64,000 nt of DNA from an uncultured Eisenbergiella sp. (GTDB lineage: Bacteria > Bacillota > Clostridia > Lachnospirales > Lachnospiraceae): assembly GCA_947630215.1 (NCBI GenBank), contig CANRGX010000005.1, forward strand, positions 11,201-75,200. The letters are read 5' to 3'. The notes under the pieces were generated by a model that was not told the DNA's origin, searched no databases, and saw only the letters and a list, made by a program, of their open reading frames with translations. The position numbers were made by a program, and so were the translations under genes. Positions 9,903 to 19,543 of this stretch are shown in pieces (within the stretch, counting starts at the first letter, position 1; every line of letters begins with the position of its first letter).

Positions 9903-11054
9903 ATGACGATTCAGGAGAAAGCGCTCAAACTGCACGAAGAACTGACCGGCAAGCTGGAGACGGTCACCAAAATCCCCGTAAAAACCCGCGAGGATCTGGC
10001 ACTCGCCTACACCCCCGGCGTTGCGGAGCCCTGTAAGGTCATCGCCCAGGACACCTCTAAAGCATACACCTATACCATGAAAGCCAACACCATTGCCGTG
10101 GTTTCCGACGGTTCCGCCGTCCTGGGCCTGGGCAACATCGGCCCGGAGGCCGCCATGCCCGTCATGGAGGGCAAGGCCGTACTTTTCAAAGAATTTGGCG
10201 GCGTAAACGCCGTTCCCATCTGCCTGGACACCCAGGACACCGAGGAGATCATCAAAGCCGTAACCTGGATCGCGCCGGGCTTCGGCGGCATCAACCTGGA
10301 GGATATCAGCGCGCCCCGCTGTTTTGAGATCGAACGCCGTCTGAAGGAGACGCTGAACATTCCCGTCTTCCACGACGATCAGCACGGCACCGCCATTGTC
10401 GTTTTAGCCGGTATCATCAACGCGCTCAAAATCGTTCAGAAGAAAAAAGAGGACTGCTCCGTCGTCATCAGCGGCGCGGGCAGCGCTGGCGTTGCCATCG
10501 CCAAGCTCCTGCTCAATTACGGCTTCCGGGACATCGTCCTGTGCGGCAGCCGCGGCATCCTCTGCGAAGGCGATCCCAAGCTGAATTGGATGCAGCAGGA
10601 AATGACCAAAATCACCAATCTGTCCCATAAGACCGGCACGCTGGCGGACGCCATGGTGGGTTCGGATATTTTCATCGGCGTTTCCGCTCCCAACATCGTG
10701 ACCGAGGAAATGGCGGCATCCATGAACTCCGACGCCATTGTTTTCGCCATGGCCAATCCCGTTCCGGAAATCATGCCGGATGTGGCCAAAAGGGCCGGCG
10801 CCCGGATCGTGGGGACCGGACGCAGCGATTTCCCCAACCAGATCAATAATGTAGTGGCTTTCCCCGGCATTTTCAAAGGTGCGCTGGAGGGCCGCGCGAA
10901 ACAGATCACCGAGGAAATGAAGATGGCGGCTGCCATCGCCATTGCCGGTGTGGTGCCGGAGAACGAAATTTCGGAGGATCACATCATGCCGGAAGCCTTC
11001 GATCCGAAGGTGGCCGATGTGGTGGCGCAGGCCGTCAAGGATCTGATCCGCTGA
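9903..11054 (+). CDS. NAD(P)-dependent malic enzyme
   Basis: 'LALAYTPGVAEPC', 'VSDGSAVLGLGNIG', 'INLEDI', 'FHDDQHGTA', 'GAGSAG', 'FAMANP'. Confidence 0.93.
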   Translation: MTIQEKALKLHEELTGKLETVTKIPVKTREDLALAYTPGVAEPCKVIAQDTSKAYTYTMKANTIAVVSDGSAVLGLGNIGPEAAMPVMEGKAVLFKEFGGVNAVPICLDTQDTEEIIKAVTWIAPGFGGINLEDISAPRCFEIERRLKETLNIPVFHDDQHGTAIVVLAGIINALKIVQKKKEDCSVVISGAGSAGVAIAKLLLNYGFRDIVLCGSRGILCEGDPKLNWMQQEMTKITNLSHKTGTLADAMVGSDIFIGVSAPNIVTEEMAASMNSDAIVFAMANPVPEIMPDVAKRAGARIVGTGRSDFPNQINNVVAFPGIFKGALEGRAKQITEEMKMAAAIAIAGVVPENEISEDHIMPEAFDPKVADVVAQAVKDLIR

Positions 11055-11069
11055 CGCAAAGGAGCTTTC

Positions 11070-11585
11070 ATGGCACAGGAACCGCTGACGCTTTACAAGC
11101 TGATCGTGCTCTACCTTCTGGACCGGGTTTCGTTTCCGCTCACCACGGCGCAGATCAGCGATTTCATTTTGGAAAAGGATTATACGAATTATCTCACGCT
11201 GCAGCAGGTCATTCATGAGCTGCTGGAGGCCGGTCTGATCCGATCCAGGACGCTGTTCAACCGCACGCAGCTTTCCATCACGCAGGAGGGGCAGGACTCC
11301 CTCTCCTATTTTGGGAACCGCATCAGCGCCGCCATCAAGGCGGACGTGGCCCAGTATCTGAAGGAAAACGGATGGAAAATGCGGGAGGAGGCCTCCGTAC
11401 AGGGACGCTACTACAAAGCGGCGGGCGGCGGCTACAGCGCGGTTCTGACCGCCGCAGACAAGGAGGAAACGCTGGTCTCCATCCAGCTGAACGTCCCCAC
11501 CAGCGCTCTGGCGGCCGCCATCTGCGACAACTGGCAGAAACGCAGCCAGGAGATTTATCAATATCTGACCGCCGCGCTTTTTTAA
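11070..11585 (+). CDS. DUF4364 family protein (winged-helix-like N-terminus)
   Basis: 'LYKLIVLYLLDRVSFPLT..QI..FILEKDYTNY..LQQ'; RBS AAAGGAG. Confidence 0.75.
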   Translation: MAQEPLTLYKLIVLYLLDRVSFPLTTAQISDFILEKDYTNYLTLQQVIHELLEAGLIRSRTLFNRTQLSITQEGQDSLSYFGNRISAAIKADVAQYLKENGWKMREEASVQGRYYKAAGGGYSAVLTAADKEETLVSIQLNVPTSALAAAICDNWQKRSQEIYQYLTAALF

Positions 11586-11663
11586 GCACAGAGGATCTAC
11601 CGGTGGGATACCCAAGCAGGACACATTTTTCGCCCGCTTATCAGATAAAGGAGAAAACGCTCT

Positions 11664-14600
11664 ATGAAAAGAATACGTCTGTTCTGCCTGGCGCTGGCCG
11701 CTTTGCTGGCCTCCTCCTGCCTTACCGCGTATGCCGCCGGAACGGAAAAAGAAACCCCCGAAGTGCTCCGGGTGGGATATTTTGCTTTTCCCGGCTATCA
11801 GGTCATAGAAAAAGACGGCCGCAGAAGCGGCTATGGCTACGAATTTCTCCAGCGTCTTGCCATCCACGGCGGCTGGTCGTATGAATATATCGGATACGAC
11901 GGTTCCTATGCCGACGCCCTGGATCTGCTGCGCAGGGGCGAGGTCGATATCGTCACTTCCGTCTCTAAGACCCCGGAACGGGAAGAAGAATTTCTGTTCT
12001 CCGATCAGTCCATCGGCGTCAACTCCACTATTTTCACTGTAAAATCCGGGAACCAGTCCATTGTGGAGGGCGACTACTCCACTTACGACGGCATCACCGT
12101 AGGGATGATCAAGGACAATTCCAAAAACGATAATTTCCAGCAGTTCGCGGACGAACACGGTTTTTCTTTCCGGCCGGTCTACTTTGCCGAACAGGAGGAG
12201 CTGTCAAACGCCCTGCAGAACGGAACGGTGGACGGCGCGGTGACGGGCAGCCTGAGACTGCTGGAAAACGAATGGGTGCTGGAATCCTTCAGCGCCAGTC
12301 CCTTCTATATTTGTACCCGTAAGGACAAGACCGGGCTGATGGCCCAAATCAACGCCGCCATCAACGAAATGGATCTGCACGATCCCAACTGGCGGGATTC
12401 CCTGCATGAAACCTATTATGCGACCGATCAGGGCGGCACCATCATCATGAACGCCGGAGAACGGGCCTTTCTGGAGGAACACCGCGCTTCCGGCGTCCCT
12501 CTGCGGCTGCTGATCAACCCCGAGCGGATCCCCTACTGCTACTTCCGCGACCAGGAGGCCCGGGGGATTATCCCCGCTATTTTTGCCGTTCTGGCCAGGC
12601 GTCTGGATCTGAACTATGAATTTATTCCCGTAAAGGATCGGAACGAATACTATGCGCTGCGCGCCTCCGGCGCTGCGGATGTGGTGCTGGACTTCATCGG
12701 GGACTACTATATGGCGGAAGAAGAAGGCTACAAGATCACGGTTCCCTATTTCCATACCAACTACGCCCGCCTTACGCTGGATGGCTTTACCGGGACGGTA
12801 AAGAGGCTGGCGGCGACGGAGCAGGCCGACGCCATGGCAATTCCGATTGCCAGCCGTTATCCGGACGCCCAGGTCATCCGGTTTCCTTCCACGGACAACT
12901 GCGTCCAGGCGGTGCTGGACGGGGAGGTCGATTCCACCATTCTCTACTCCTATACCGCTGAAAGCTACGTGCAGAACGACGCCCGCAACCGGCTGGCGTC
13001 CATCGTCTTTGGAAACGCTTCCCTGTCTTACGCGGTGGGAAACGACGTCCCCAACGGCCGGTATCTTCTCTCCCTGCTGGATAAGGGGGCGGAAAGTCTT
13101 ACCGACGCGGAAATCGACGCCATCATCGACCGGGAGATCGATGCCGGACGGGACAGCCGCATCCATCTTCTCACGTTCCTCTACCAGAACCCGCTCTACT
13201 TTGTGCTGGGCATCGTGCTGTTTTTGCTGCTGCTCTTTGCCTTTGCCATGCTGGCGGTACGGACAAAAAACCAGCGGGAACTGGAAAAAAAGGTGGATCA
13301 GGCCACCCGGGAACTGCAGGACAAGGCGCAGGATCTGACGCAGGCCCTTCAGGCTGCGGACGCCGCCAATCAGGCGAAAACCACCTTCCTCAACAGTATG
13401 TCCCACGATATACGCACCCCTATGAACGCCATCATCGGCTATACGGCCCTGGCCAACACGCATCTGGACAACCGGGAGCGGGCACAGGACTACCTGGAGA
13501 AGATCGCCCAGGCGTCCAGCCATCTGCTTTCCCTGATCAACGATGTGCTGGACATGAGCCGCATTGAATCCGGCAAGGTCACCATCACCGAGCGTCCGGA
13601 AAATCTGGCGGAAATTCTGCAGGGCCTGCGCAATATTATCCAGTCCGACATCCACGCCAAACGCATGGAACTGTTCATCGATACCGTGGATGTGACGGAC
13701 GAAGAAATTTACTGCGACAAGCTGCGGTTAAACCAGATCCTGCTGAACCTGACCTCCAATGCCATCAAATTCACCCCCGCCGGCGGCACGGTAGCCGTCC
13801 GGGTCACCCAGAAGCCTTCCCCATCCAGGGAACGCGGTCTCTATGAATTCCGGGTCAGCGATACCGGGATCGGTATGAGCCCAGAGTTTGCCAAAACCGT
13901 GTTTGAGCCCTTTACCCGGGAGCAGACTTCTACGGTCAGCGGCATCCAGGGCACAGGCCTGGGCATGGCCATCACCAAAAACATTGTGGATATGATGGGC
14001 GGTTCCATCCGCGTGGAAAGTGAGCCCGGAAAGGGTACTACCTTTACCGTAGAACTGGAGCTGCGCTTCTGCGCCGCCCATCAGGAAATGAAGCCGATTG
14101 CCAAGCTGCAGAATCTGAGGGGACTGGTGGTGGACGACGATATGGTCTGCTGCCAGAGCGTATCCAAGATGCTCCGACAGATCGGAATGCGGGCCGAATG
14201 GGCCCTCTCCGGACGGGAGGCCATCGCGCGCGCCATGGAAGCGGGGGATCTTGCCGATCCCTTCGAGGTCTATATTGTGGACTGGTCCATGCCGGAGCTG
14301 AGCGGTATAGAAACCGTCCGGGAAATCCGCCGGATTGCCGGCGAAGATTCCCCCATTATCCTCATGTCGGCCTACGACTGGACGGATATTGAAGAAAAAG
14401 CCCGCGAGGCCGGCGTCACCGGCTTTATCAGCAAGCCGCTCTTTGCCTCCGACCTCCATCAGACCCTGGAATACACGCTGAACCACCAGGAGAAAGAAGT
14501 GCCTAAAAAAGAAACCCCGTTGCCCAGAGAAATCCTTTTCCAGGGCAAACGTATCCTTCTGGCCGAAGATAATGAACTCAACCGGGAGATTGCCACCGAA

Positions 14601-14930
14601 CTGTTACAGGAAGCCGGATTTTTGGTGGAATGTGCCGAAAACGGCCAACAGGCCTGCGACATGGTCCGTCAGGCCGGGCCGGGATACTATGATCTGATTC
14701 TGATGGATATTCAGATGCCCATTATGGACGGCTACGAGGCCACCCGCATCATCCGGGCCATGGAGGATCCGGCTCTGGCCAGCCTGCCCATTGTCGCCAT
14801 GACGGCCAACGCCTTTGAGGAAGATCGGGAGCGGGCCCTGGAAGCAGGTATGAACGACCATCTGGCCAAGCCCATCGATCTGGAAAAAATGCTGGCTCTG
14901 CTGCGGGATTTATTCAGCAGGAAACGCTGA
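11664..14930 (+). CDS. Hybrid sensor histidine kinase: two periplasmic-binding (SBP_bac_3-like) domains, TM, HisKA, HATPase, two receiver domains
   Basis: Signal peptide; H-box 'SHDIRTPMN'; N/G boxes 'NAIKFT', 'DTGIG', 'GTGLG'; receivers 'VDDD..DWSMP' and 'AEDN..MDIQMP'. Confidence 0.9.
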   Translation: MKRIRLFCLALAALLASSCLTAYAAGTEKETPEVLRVGYFAFPGYQVIEKDGRRSGYGYEFLQRLAIHGGWSYEYIGYDGSYADALDLLRRGEVDIVTSVSKTPEREEEFLFSDQSIGVNSTIFTVKSGNQSIVEGDYSTYDGITVGMIKDNSKNDNFQQFADEHGFSFRPVYFAEQEELSNALQNGTVDGAVTGSLRLLENEWVLESFSASPFYICTRKDKTGLMAQINAAINEMDLHDPNWRDSLHETYYATDQGGTIIMNAGERAFLEEHRASGVPLRLLINPERIPYCYFRDQEARGIIPAIFAVLARRLDLNYEFIPVKDRNEYYALRASGAADVVLDFIGDYYMAEEEGYKITVPYFHTNYARLTLDGFTGTVKRLAATEQADAMAIPIASRYPDAQVIRFPSTDNCVQAVLDGEVDSTILYSYTAESYVQNDARNRLASIVFGNASLSYAVGNDVPNGRYLLSLLDKGAESLTDAEIDAIIDREIDAGRDSRIHLLTFLYQNPLYFVLGIVLFLLLLFAFAMLAVRTKNQRELEKKVDQATRELQDKAQDLTQALQAADAANQAKTTFLNSMSHDIRTPMNAIIGYTALANTHLDNRERAQDYLEKIAQASSHLLSLINDVLDMSRIESGKVTITERPENLAEILQGLRNIIQSDIHAKRMELFIDTVDVTDEEIYCDKLRLNQILLNLTSNAIKFTPAGGTVAVRVTQKPSPSRERGLYEFRVSDTGIGMSPEFAKTVFEPFTREQTSTVSGIQGTGLGMAITKNIVDMMGGSIRVESEPGKGTTFTVELELRFCAAHQEMKPIAKLQNLRGLVVDDDMVCCQSVSKMLRQIGMRAEWALSGREAIARAMEAGDLADPFEVYIVDWSMPELSGIETVREIRRIAGEDSPIILMSAYDWTDIEEKAREAGVTGFISKPLFASDLHQTLEYTLNHQEKEVPKKETPLPREILFQGKRILLAEDNELNREIATELLQEAGFLVECAENGQQACDMVRQAGPGYYDLILMDIQMPIMDGYEATRIIRAMEDPALASLPIVAMTANAFEEDRERALEAGMNDHLAKPIDLEKMLALLRDLFSRKR

Positions 14931-14942
14931 ACCCATCGGATT

Positions 14943-16235
14943 TTACAGTAGAATTTCCTGAATGACGCTCCCGTCGATCTCTCCCAGATCCAGACCCATG
15001 AGGGCCGCGATGGTGGCGCCCTCGTCCCAGAGTCTTACGGGGCGCTGCACCTGTCCGGGCCGGATCCCACAGCCCTTTGCCGCAAAAAAGGTTTGATAGT
15101 CCTCACCCTCCGGCAAATACCCGTGGGCCCCTCGGACGGCGTGGCGTTTCTCCTCTCTAACCTCCTTCGTCCGGCATTCCCATTCATCCAGGAAACACCA
15201 GCCGGGCTTTGCCTCCAGCATCACAAAACAGGCAGGATCCGCCCCCAGCAGGGCGGCCTGGGCGCTGTCCCAGATATGCGCGATTCCAAAATCCTCCCTG
15301 CCTTCCAGTTCCCGCAGCACGTCCAACAGCCTTTCCTGAAACGCTCTGTCCTGCCGCCGTCTTTGATTCAGATACAGGTAGGCGCTGCCGTCGCAGGTTT
15401 TGGCTATCGCGTCCCAGCCTGTCAGCCTGCCCTTTTGGATCCGCAAAAACCCTTCCTGTGCCAGAACGTAGTTTACATAGGCAATCTTTTGCACGTCCTT
15501 CTGATAGTGATCCCCCAGAAGAATCACCGTCGTCTTTTCCATATCTCCGGTTTCGGCCAGCGCCTCCAGAATTTCTCCCAGCCGCCGGTCGTGCCGCCGC
15601 AGGGCCTCCGTCACCTTCTCATGGTGCACGCCGTAAATATGGCGGTTGGTATCCACATCCGTCAGATGGAGCAGAAAGAGATCCGGATTGTATTTGCGGA
15701 TCGTATACAACGCACTGGCCTGTATAAAATGATCCAGCGCCGGCTGCCGGACGCCGTCCCGCAGATGCCCAAAGCGCCGGTTCAAATCCAGCTGATACCG
15801 GACAGGGCCGTTCATGGCGTTTGCCAGAATCTGGTTCTGCCACCGTCTGGTCACCATCACCTCCGGCACGGCGTAGGGAATTTTGCTCCTCCCCACCACG
15901 GGCCACAGCAGAGCCGCCACCTTTTTCCCCTGCTTGCGCGCCTCGTCACAGATCGTAGTGCCCTTGATAAATCTGCGCTGGCAGATCCAGTCGGGACGTT
16001 CCCTGTCCGGCTGCAGCTTTGTGTTGTGGATCACGCCGTGGTTTTTCGGCATTTTCCCTGTAAGAATGGAGGTATGGGCCGGATAGGTAATCGAAGGATA
16101 CACACTACAGACATGCGAACACAGGGCGGCACGGTTAAAAAACGCGCCAAAATGGGGAAGCGTCTGCAGAAACGCCAGATCCTCCCGCCCCACCGCGTCC
16201 AAGGACAGAATCATCACCCGCTGTGGTCTGTTCAT
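14943..16235 (-). CDS. Alkaline phosphatase superfamily / nucleotide pyrophosphatase-phosphodiesterase
   Basis: 'LSLDAV', 'SVYPSITYPAHTS', 'DVDTNRH', 'GDH', 'GAHGY'. Confidence 0.88.
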   Translation of the reverse strand: MNRPQRVMILSLDAVGREDLAFLQTLPHFGAFFNRAALCSHVCSVYPSITYPAHTSILTGKMPKNHGVIHNTKLQPDRERPDWICQRRFIKGTTICDEARKQGKKVAALLWPVVGRSKIPYAVPEVMVTRRWQNQILANAMNGPVRYQLDLNRRFGHLRDGVRQPALDHFIQASALYTIRKYNPDLFLLHLTDVDTNRHIYGVHHEKVTEALRRHDRRLGEILEALAETGDMEKTTVILLGDHYQKDVQKIAYVNYVLAQEGFLRIQKGRLTGWDAIAKTCDGSAYLYLNQRRRQDRAFQERLLDVLRELEGREDFGIAHIWDSAQAALLGADPACFVMLEAKPGWCFLDEWECRTKEVREEKRHAVRGAHGYLPEGEDYQTFFAAKGCGIRPGQVQRPVRLWDEGATIAALMGLDLGEIDGSVIQEILL

Positions 16236-17566
16236 TTTTCCTCCCTGGCTTCTTCTTTGAGCCTGCGCATATGTTCTTTGATCTTTTGCTCATACCCGTT
16301 TCCGGAGGGCCGGTAAAATTCCCGTCCGGTCAGCTCATAGGGCAGATACTGTTGGTTTACATAATGATTCGGATAGTCGTGCGCATACTTGTAATTCAGT
16401 CCGTGTCCCAGCTTCGCCGCTCCCTTATAGTGCGCGTCCTGCAGATGGGGCGGAATCGGAAGATTCCCGGAGGCCTCCACTTCAGCCATAGCCTCCGAAA
16501 TGGCACAGACCGCCGCGTTGCTCTTTGGCGCACCGGCCACATAGGCGGCAGCATGGGCCAGGATGATCTGCGCCTCCGGCATTCCCACGCGCTCCACTGC
16601 CAGGGATGCCGCTACGGCCACCTGAAGCGCCTGCGGATCGGCGTTTCCCACATCCTCCGAAGCACAGATCATGATCCGGCGGGCAATGAATTTGACATCC
16701 TCTCCCGCATAGAGCATCCGGGCCAGATAATAGATGGCGGCGTCCGGATCGGATCCCCGCATACTTTTGATGAACGCGGAAATCGTATCGTAATGGTTGT
16801 CCCCGGTCTTGTCATAGCGGACGGCCCGTTTCTGAATGCACTCCTGCGCCACCTCCAGCGTGAGATGGATCTTCCCGTCCCCGCTGCGCGGCGTGGTCAG
16901 GATCCCCAGTTCCACCGCATTGAGCGCGCGTCTGGCATCGCCGTCCGCAATATCGGCCAGAAACGCCTCCGCGTCCTTGTCGATGACGGCCTCATACGCG
17001 CCCATTCCGCGCTCCCTGTCACAGACCGCGCGCCGGATCAGCTCCCGGATATCCTCCTGGGACAGGGGATAGAGTTCAAAAATAACGGATCGGGACAGTA
17101 AGGCTCCGTTTACCTCAAAGTACGGATTTTCCGTCGTCGCCCCGATCAGCACCAGCGTACCGTCCTCCACGAAGGGAAGCAGATAATCCTGCTGTCCTTT
17201 GTTGAAGCGGTGAATTTCGTCGATAAACAGGATCGTCTTCCTGCCGTACATTCCCTGCAGTTCTTTCGCCCGCGCCACCATGTCTTCCATATCCTTTTTC
17301 CCCGCCACCGTGGCGTTGAGCTGGACAAACTGTGCGCTGGTGGTATTGGCGATCACCCTTGCCAGCGTGGTTTTGCCCGTCCCGGGCGGCCCGTAAAAAA
17401 GAATGGAGGAAATTTTATCCGCCATGACGGCGCGGTACAACAGCTTGTCCTTCCCGATGATATGCTGCTGTCCCACCACCTCGTCCAGCGTGCGCGGACG
17501 CAGCCGGGCGGCCAGGGGCGCTTCCTTCTCCTGCCTGTTTTCCCTCATATATTCAAACAGATCCAT
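16232..17566 (-). CDS. rarA: Replication-associated recombination protein A (AAA+)
   Basis: 'PLAARLRP', Walker A 'GPPGTGKT', 'DEIHRFNK', 'SAFIKSMRGSD', 'SEDVG'. Start at MDLFEY (17566) after GGGAGG. Confidence 0.93.
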   Translation of the reverse strand: MDLFEYMRENRQEKEAPLAARLRPRTLDEVVGQQHIIGKDKLLYRAVMADKISSILFYGPPGTGKTTLARVIANTTSAQFVQLNATVAGKKDMEDMVARAKELQGMYGRKTILFIDEIHRFNKGQQDYLLPFVEDGTLVLIGATTENPYFEVNGALLSRSVIFELYPLSQEDIRELIRRAVCDRERGMGAYEAVIDKDAEAFLADIADGDARRALNAVELGILTTPRSGDGKIHLTLEVAQECIQKRAVRYDKTGDNHYDTISAFIKSMRGSDPDAAIYYLARMLYAGEDVKFIARRIMICASEDVGNADPQALQVAVAASLAVERVGMPEAQIILAHAAAYVAGAPKSNAAVCAISEAMAEVEASGNLPIPPHLQDAHYKGAAKLGHGLNYKYAHDYPNHYVNQQYLPYELTGREFYRPSGNGYEQKIKEHMRRLKEEAREEK

Positions 17567-17789
17567 ACATCCTCCCGGGAGCCGGCATATCGAGCAATGC
17601 CGAAATCTGATCTCTACGTCCATAAATCACCGCTGTAATCCACACTACTTTCTTTTCCTCGTCCACCAGATAGTAAACGAGAAAATTCTTAACGGGCATT
17701 TTATGGACCCCTTCCGTGCGCCACGGTTCTTCCTCTGTAAGAGGATATCTTGCCTGTGCAGTCAGCTTCACCTCATACTGCATACTCAA
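17553..17789 (-). pseudogene. RelE/ParE-family toxin with an apparent internal in-frame deletion
   Basis: The N-terminal strand 'YEVKLTAQA' joins directly to 'RYPLTEEEPW...VKNFLVYY...VWITAVIYGRRDQ'; the two helices expected between them are missing. Overlaps the antitoxin stop codon. Confidence 0.65.
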
Positions 17790-18082
17790 ATTCCCTCACG
17801 GATTTTGGAAAAGGCTTCATCCACGGACAGTCCGTCGCCGGATTTGGCCTGCTGATAACCATTTTCCATCATTATATGAAATTGTTCATCGGTCATCCTG
17901 TCTCTGGTGAGCAGATTTGGTACAGTGAGGGAATACGGGACACCGCCCGTCATAATGATTTGCCGGTATAAGGTATCAATCAAAACCGAAACAGGCAACC
18001 CAATTCTGTCCAGAATCGCCTCCGCCTGCCGTTTGATTTCAGGTTGCACACGAGCTGTTACATTTGCGCTTTTCGTTGCCAT
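17786..18082 (-). CDS. RelB/DinJ-family antitoxin
   Basis: 'KSANVTARVQPEIKRQAEAILDRIGLPVS..ID..YRQII..GGVPY'; TTGA overlap with the toxin. Confidence 0.85.
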   Translation of the reverse strand: MATKSANVTARVQPEIKRQAEAILDRIGLPVSVLIDTLYRQIIMTGGVPYSLTVPNLLTRDRMTDEQFHIMMENGYQQAKSGDGLSVDEAFSKIREGI

Positions 18083-18108
18083 GATAAGCACCTGCCTTTC
18101 TGCTTTTC

Positions 18109-18137
18109 ATTATGCCATATTGTATGGCTAATTGCAA
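18109..18137 (-). promoter_or_regulatory. TA promoter with a palindromic operator
   Basis: TTGCAA-17-CATAAT on the minus strand; perfect inverted repeat GCCATA-N3-TATGGC (18114-18128) within the spacer. Confidence 0.65.
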
Positions 18138-18164
18138 TACATTATTCCGACAGTTTTGCCGATC

Positions 18165-18205
18165 AAAAAACGGAACCGCACGGCGCGTCTTTCGCCCGGT
18201 TCCGT
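18165..18205 (-). terminator. Intrinsic terminator after the XRE gene
   Basis: Minus strand AACGGAACCG...CGGTTCCGTT followed by a T run. Confidence 0.65.
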
Positions 18206-18219
18206 TCTCTTTTCCTGAT

Positions 18220-18630
18220 TCATCCGCGTTTTCTTCTTTTCTCCTGGACTTCTCCCTCCTGCAACGCCCTCAGCAGGATACCAAAATCGATCCCGTCCGG
18301 CATACGGGACTCATCCCGGCAGAAATCACTGACCAGACGACAGAAAATCTGGAGCTTATCGATATCGGTACACTTATGGACGGCCCGCCAGGCCTCGTCC
18401 ACAACGCCGCGCTTGCCGTACATGATAAATTCCGGCGATATGCCCCGGGCGTACAGCTTGTCCTGCAAATCCTGAGAAATGTTATTTACGCCAGACTCCG
18501 CCGCCTTATACGCCTTTGCGGATACGCCAATCCACTCCGCAAACTCGTCCTGGGTCATGCCGAGCTGTTCCCGGATCCGACGCATCCGGCCAGAACGCTC
18601 CCGCCGGATCGGTTCCCCTTTTTTCTTCAT
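18220..18630 (-). CDS. XRE-family HTH transcriptional regulator
   Basis: 'MRRIREQLGMTQDEFAEWIGVSAKAYKAAESG'. Start chosen at MKKKGE (18630) after GGAG. Confidence 0.8.
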   Translation of the reverse strand: MKKKGEPIRRERSGRMRRIREQLGMTQDEFAEWIGVSAKAYKAAESGVNNISQDLQDKLYARGISPEFIMYGKRGVVDEAWRAVHKCTDIDKLQIFCRLVSDFCRDESRMPDGIDFGILLRALQEGEVQEKRRKRG

Positions 18631-18884
18631 GATACAACTCCATTTTGATTCGGATTTCTTATCTATAAATATGGAGTAGGATTCCCCTTTTCGGAAGCCC
18701 CTGTCAATAGTATTTTTATCCATTGTCAATGGTATTTATGTAAAAAAAAAGAGCCGCAGCTTTTCTTTTCTTTCTGCGCCCGCGCCCAAACTTCGTTTCT
18801 CATTTTTCTCTGCCAATGTTTTGAAATACCACCGGGAATGGTTCCCAAAGGTTACACGCTGCCTTTTCCCTCCTGTCCTAGCCG

Positions 18885-19373
18885 CTAACGGATCTCCTTT
18901 CTGAGTTTTTCTTTGATCCTCTCAATCCGCCGTTTAAAACAGCTTTTCTGGATTCCCAAATCCCTGGCGATTTCTTCCGCCGTATATCCGTCCTCATAAT
19001 ACAGCCGCAGCGCGTCCACCTGTTCGTCCGGTACAACACTTTTCATGGATACATAGTATTCCGTCATCTCCAACGCCTGCTCCTGTCTGTGATCCGAAAA
19101 CACAGTTTCCAGAAGCTCCGGTTGGTTCATACACGCCGCCTTCTGATCTCTCGCGTACTTTTTCAGCAGGTTCTTTGCAATATTCATCAGATATCCGGTA
19201 CTGTTTTCACTGTCCTGCACCGCATCCCACTTCTGCAGGGCAATCACGAAGACCTGTTGGGTCAAATCCTCCGCTTCCGCCCAGTCTGATCCCCGCATTC
19301 TCCGGATGTATCTGAGAATTTCCTTGTATTCCTTCCCGTACACCTCAGCATAATTCAGTTTTTCTTCGTCCAC
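18885..19373 (-). CDS. ECF-type sigma-70 family factor
   Basis: Region 2 'EAEDLTQQVFVIALQKW...YLMNIAKN' and region 4 'LRLYYEDGYTAEEIARDLGI'; GTG start, true start uncertain. Confidence 0.75.
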   Translation of the reverse strand: MDEEKLNYAEVYGKEYKEILRYIRRMRGSDWAEAEDLTQQVFVIALQKWDAVQDSENSTGYLMNIAKNLLKKYARDQKAACMNQPELLETVFSDHRQEQALEMTEYYVSMKSVVPDEQVDALRLYYEDGYTAEEIARDLGIQKSCFKRRIERIKEKLRKEIR

Positions 19374-19543
19374 TGTTCTTTTTCAGCACAGACGCCATCC
19401 CAAAGCTGCTCCTTCTTCCTGCGCTGTCCGTTCTTCTTTCCTCCCTCCCCAAACAGGCCCGATGCGCCTTGCATATGCTTTCATTATAAAGGGAAATTTC
19501 TCCGCGATCAACCGCCTTTTGCCTTTCTTTTGGCGTATTTTCG

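Noticed and set aside
10404-12158. 584-aa minus-strand ORF
   Set aside because: It lies antisense to malic enzyme, DUF4364 and the histidine kinase and has no motifs; a shadow ORF of GC-rich coding DNA.
11664-14930. Hybrid histidine kinase as a novel system
   Set aside because: The SBP-HisKA-HATPase-REC-REC architecture is common in gut Clostridia and shows no unusual feature here.
17553-19373. Intact mobile element around the TA, XRE and sigma genes
   Set aside because: No transposase, recombinase, relaxase or terminal repeats; at most an islet remnant.
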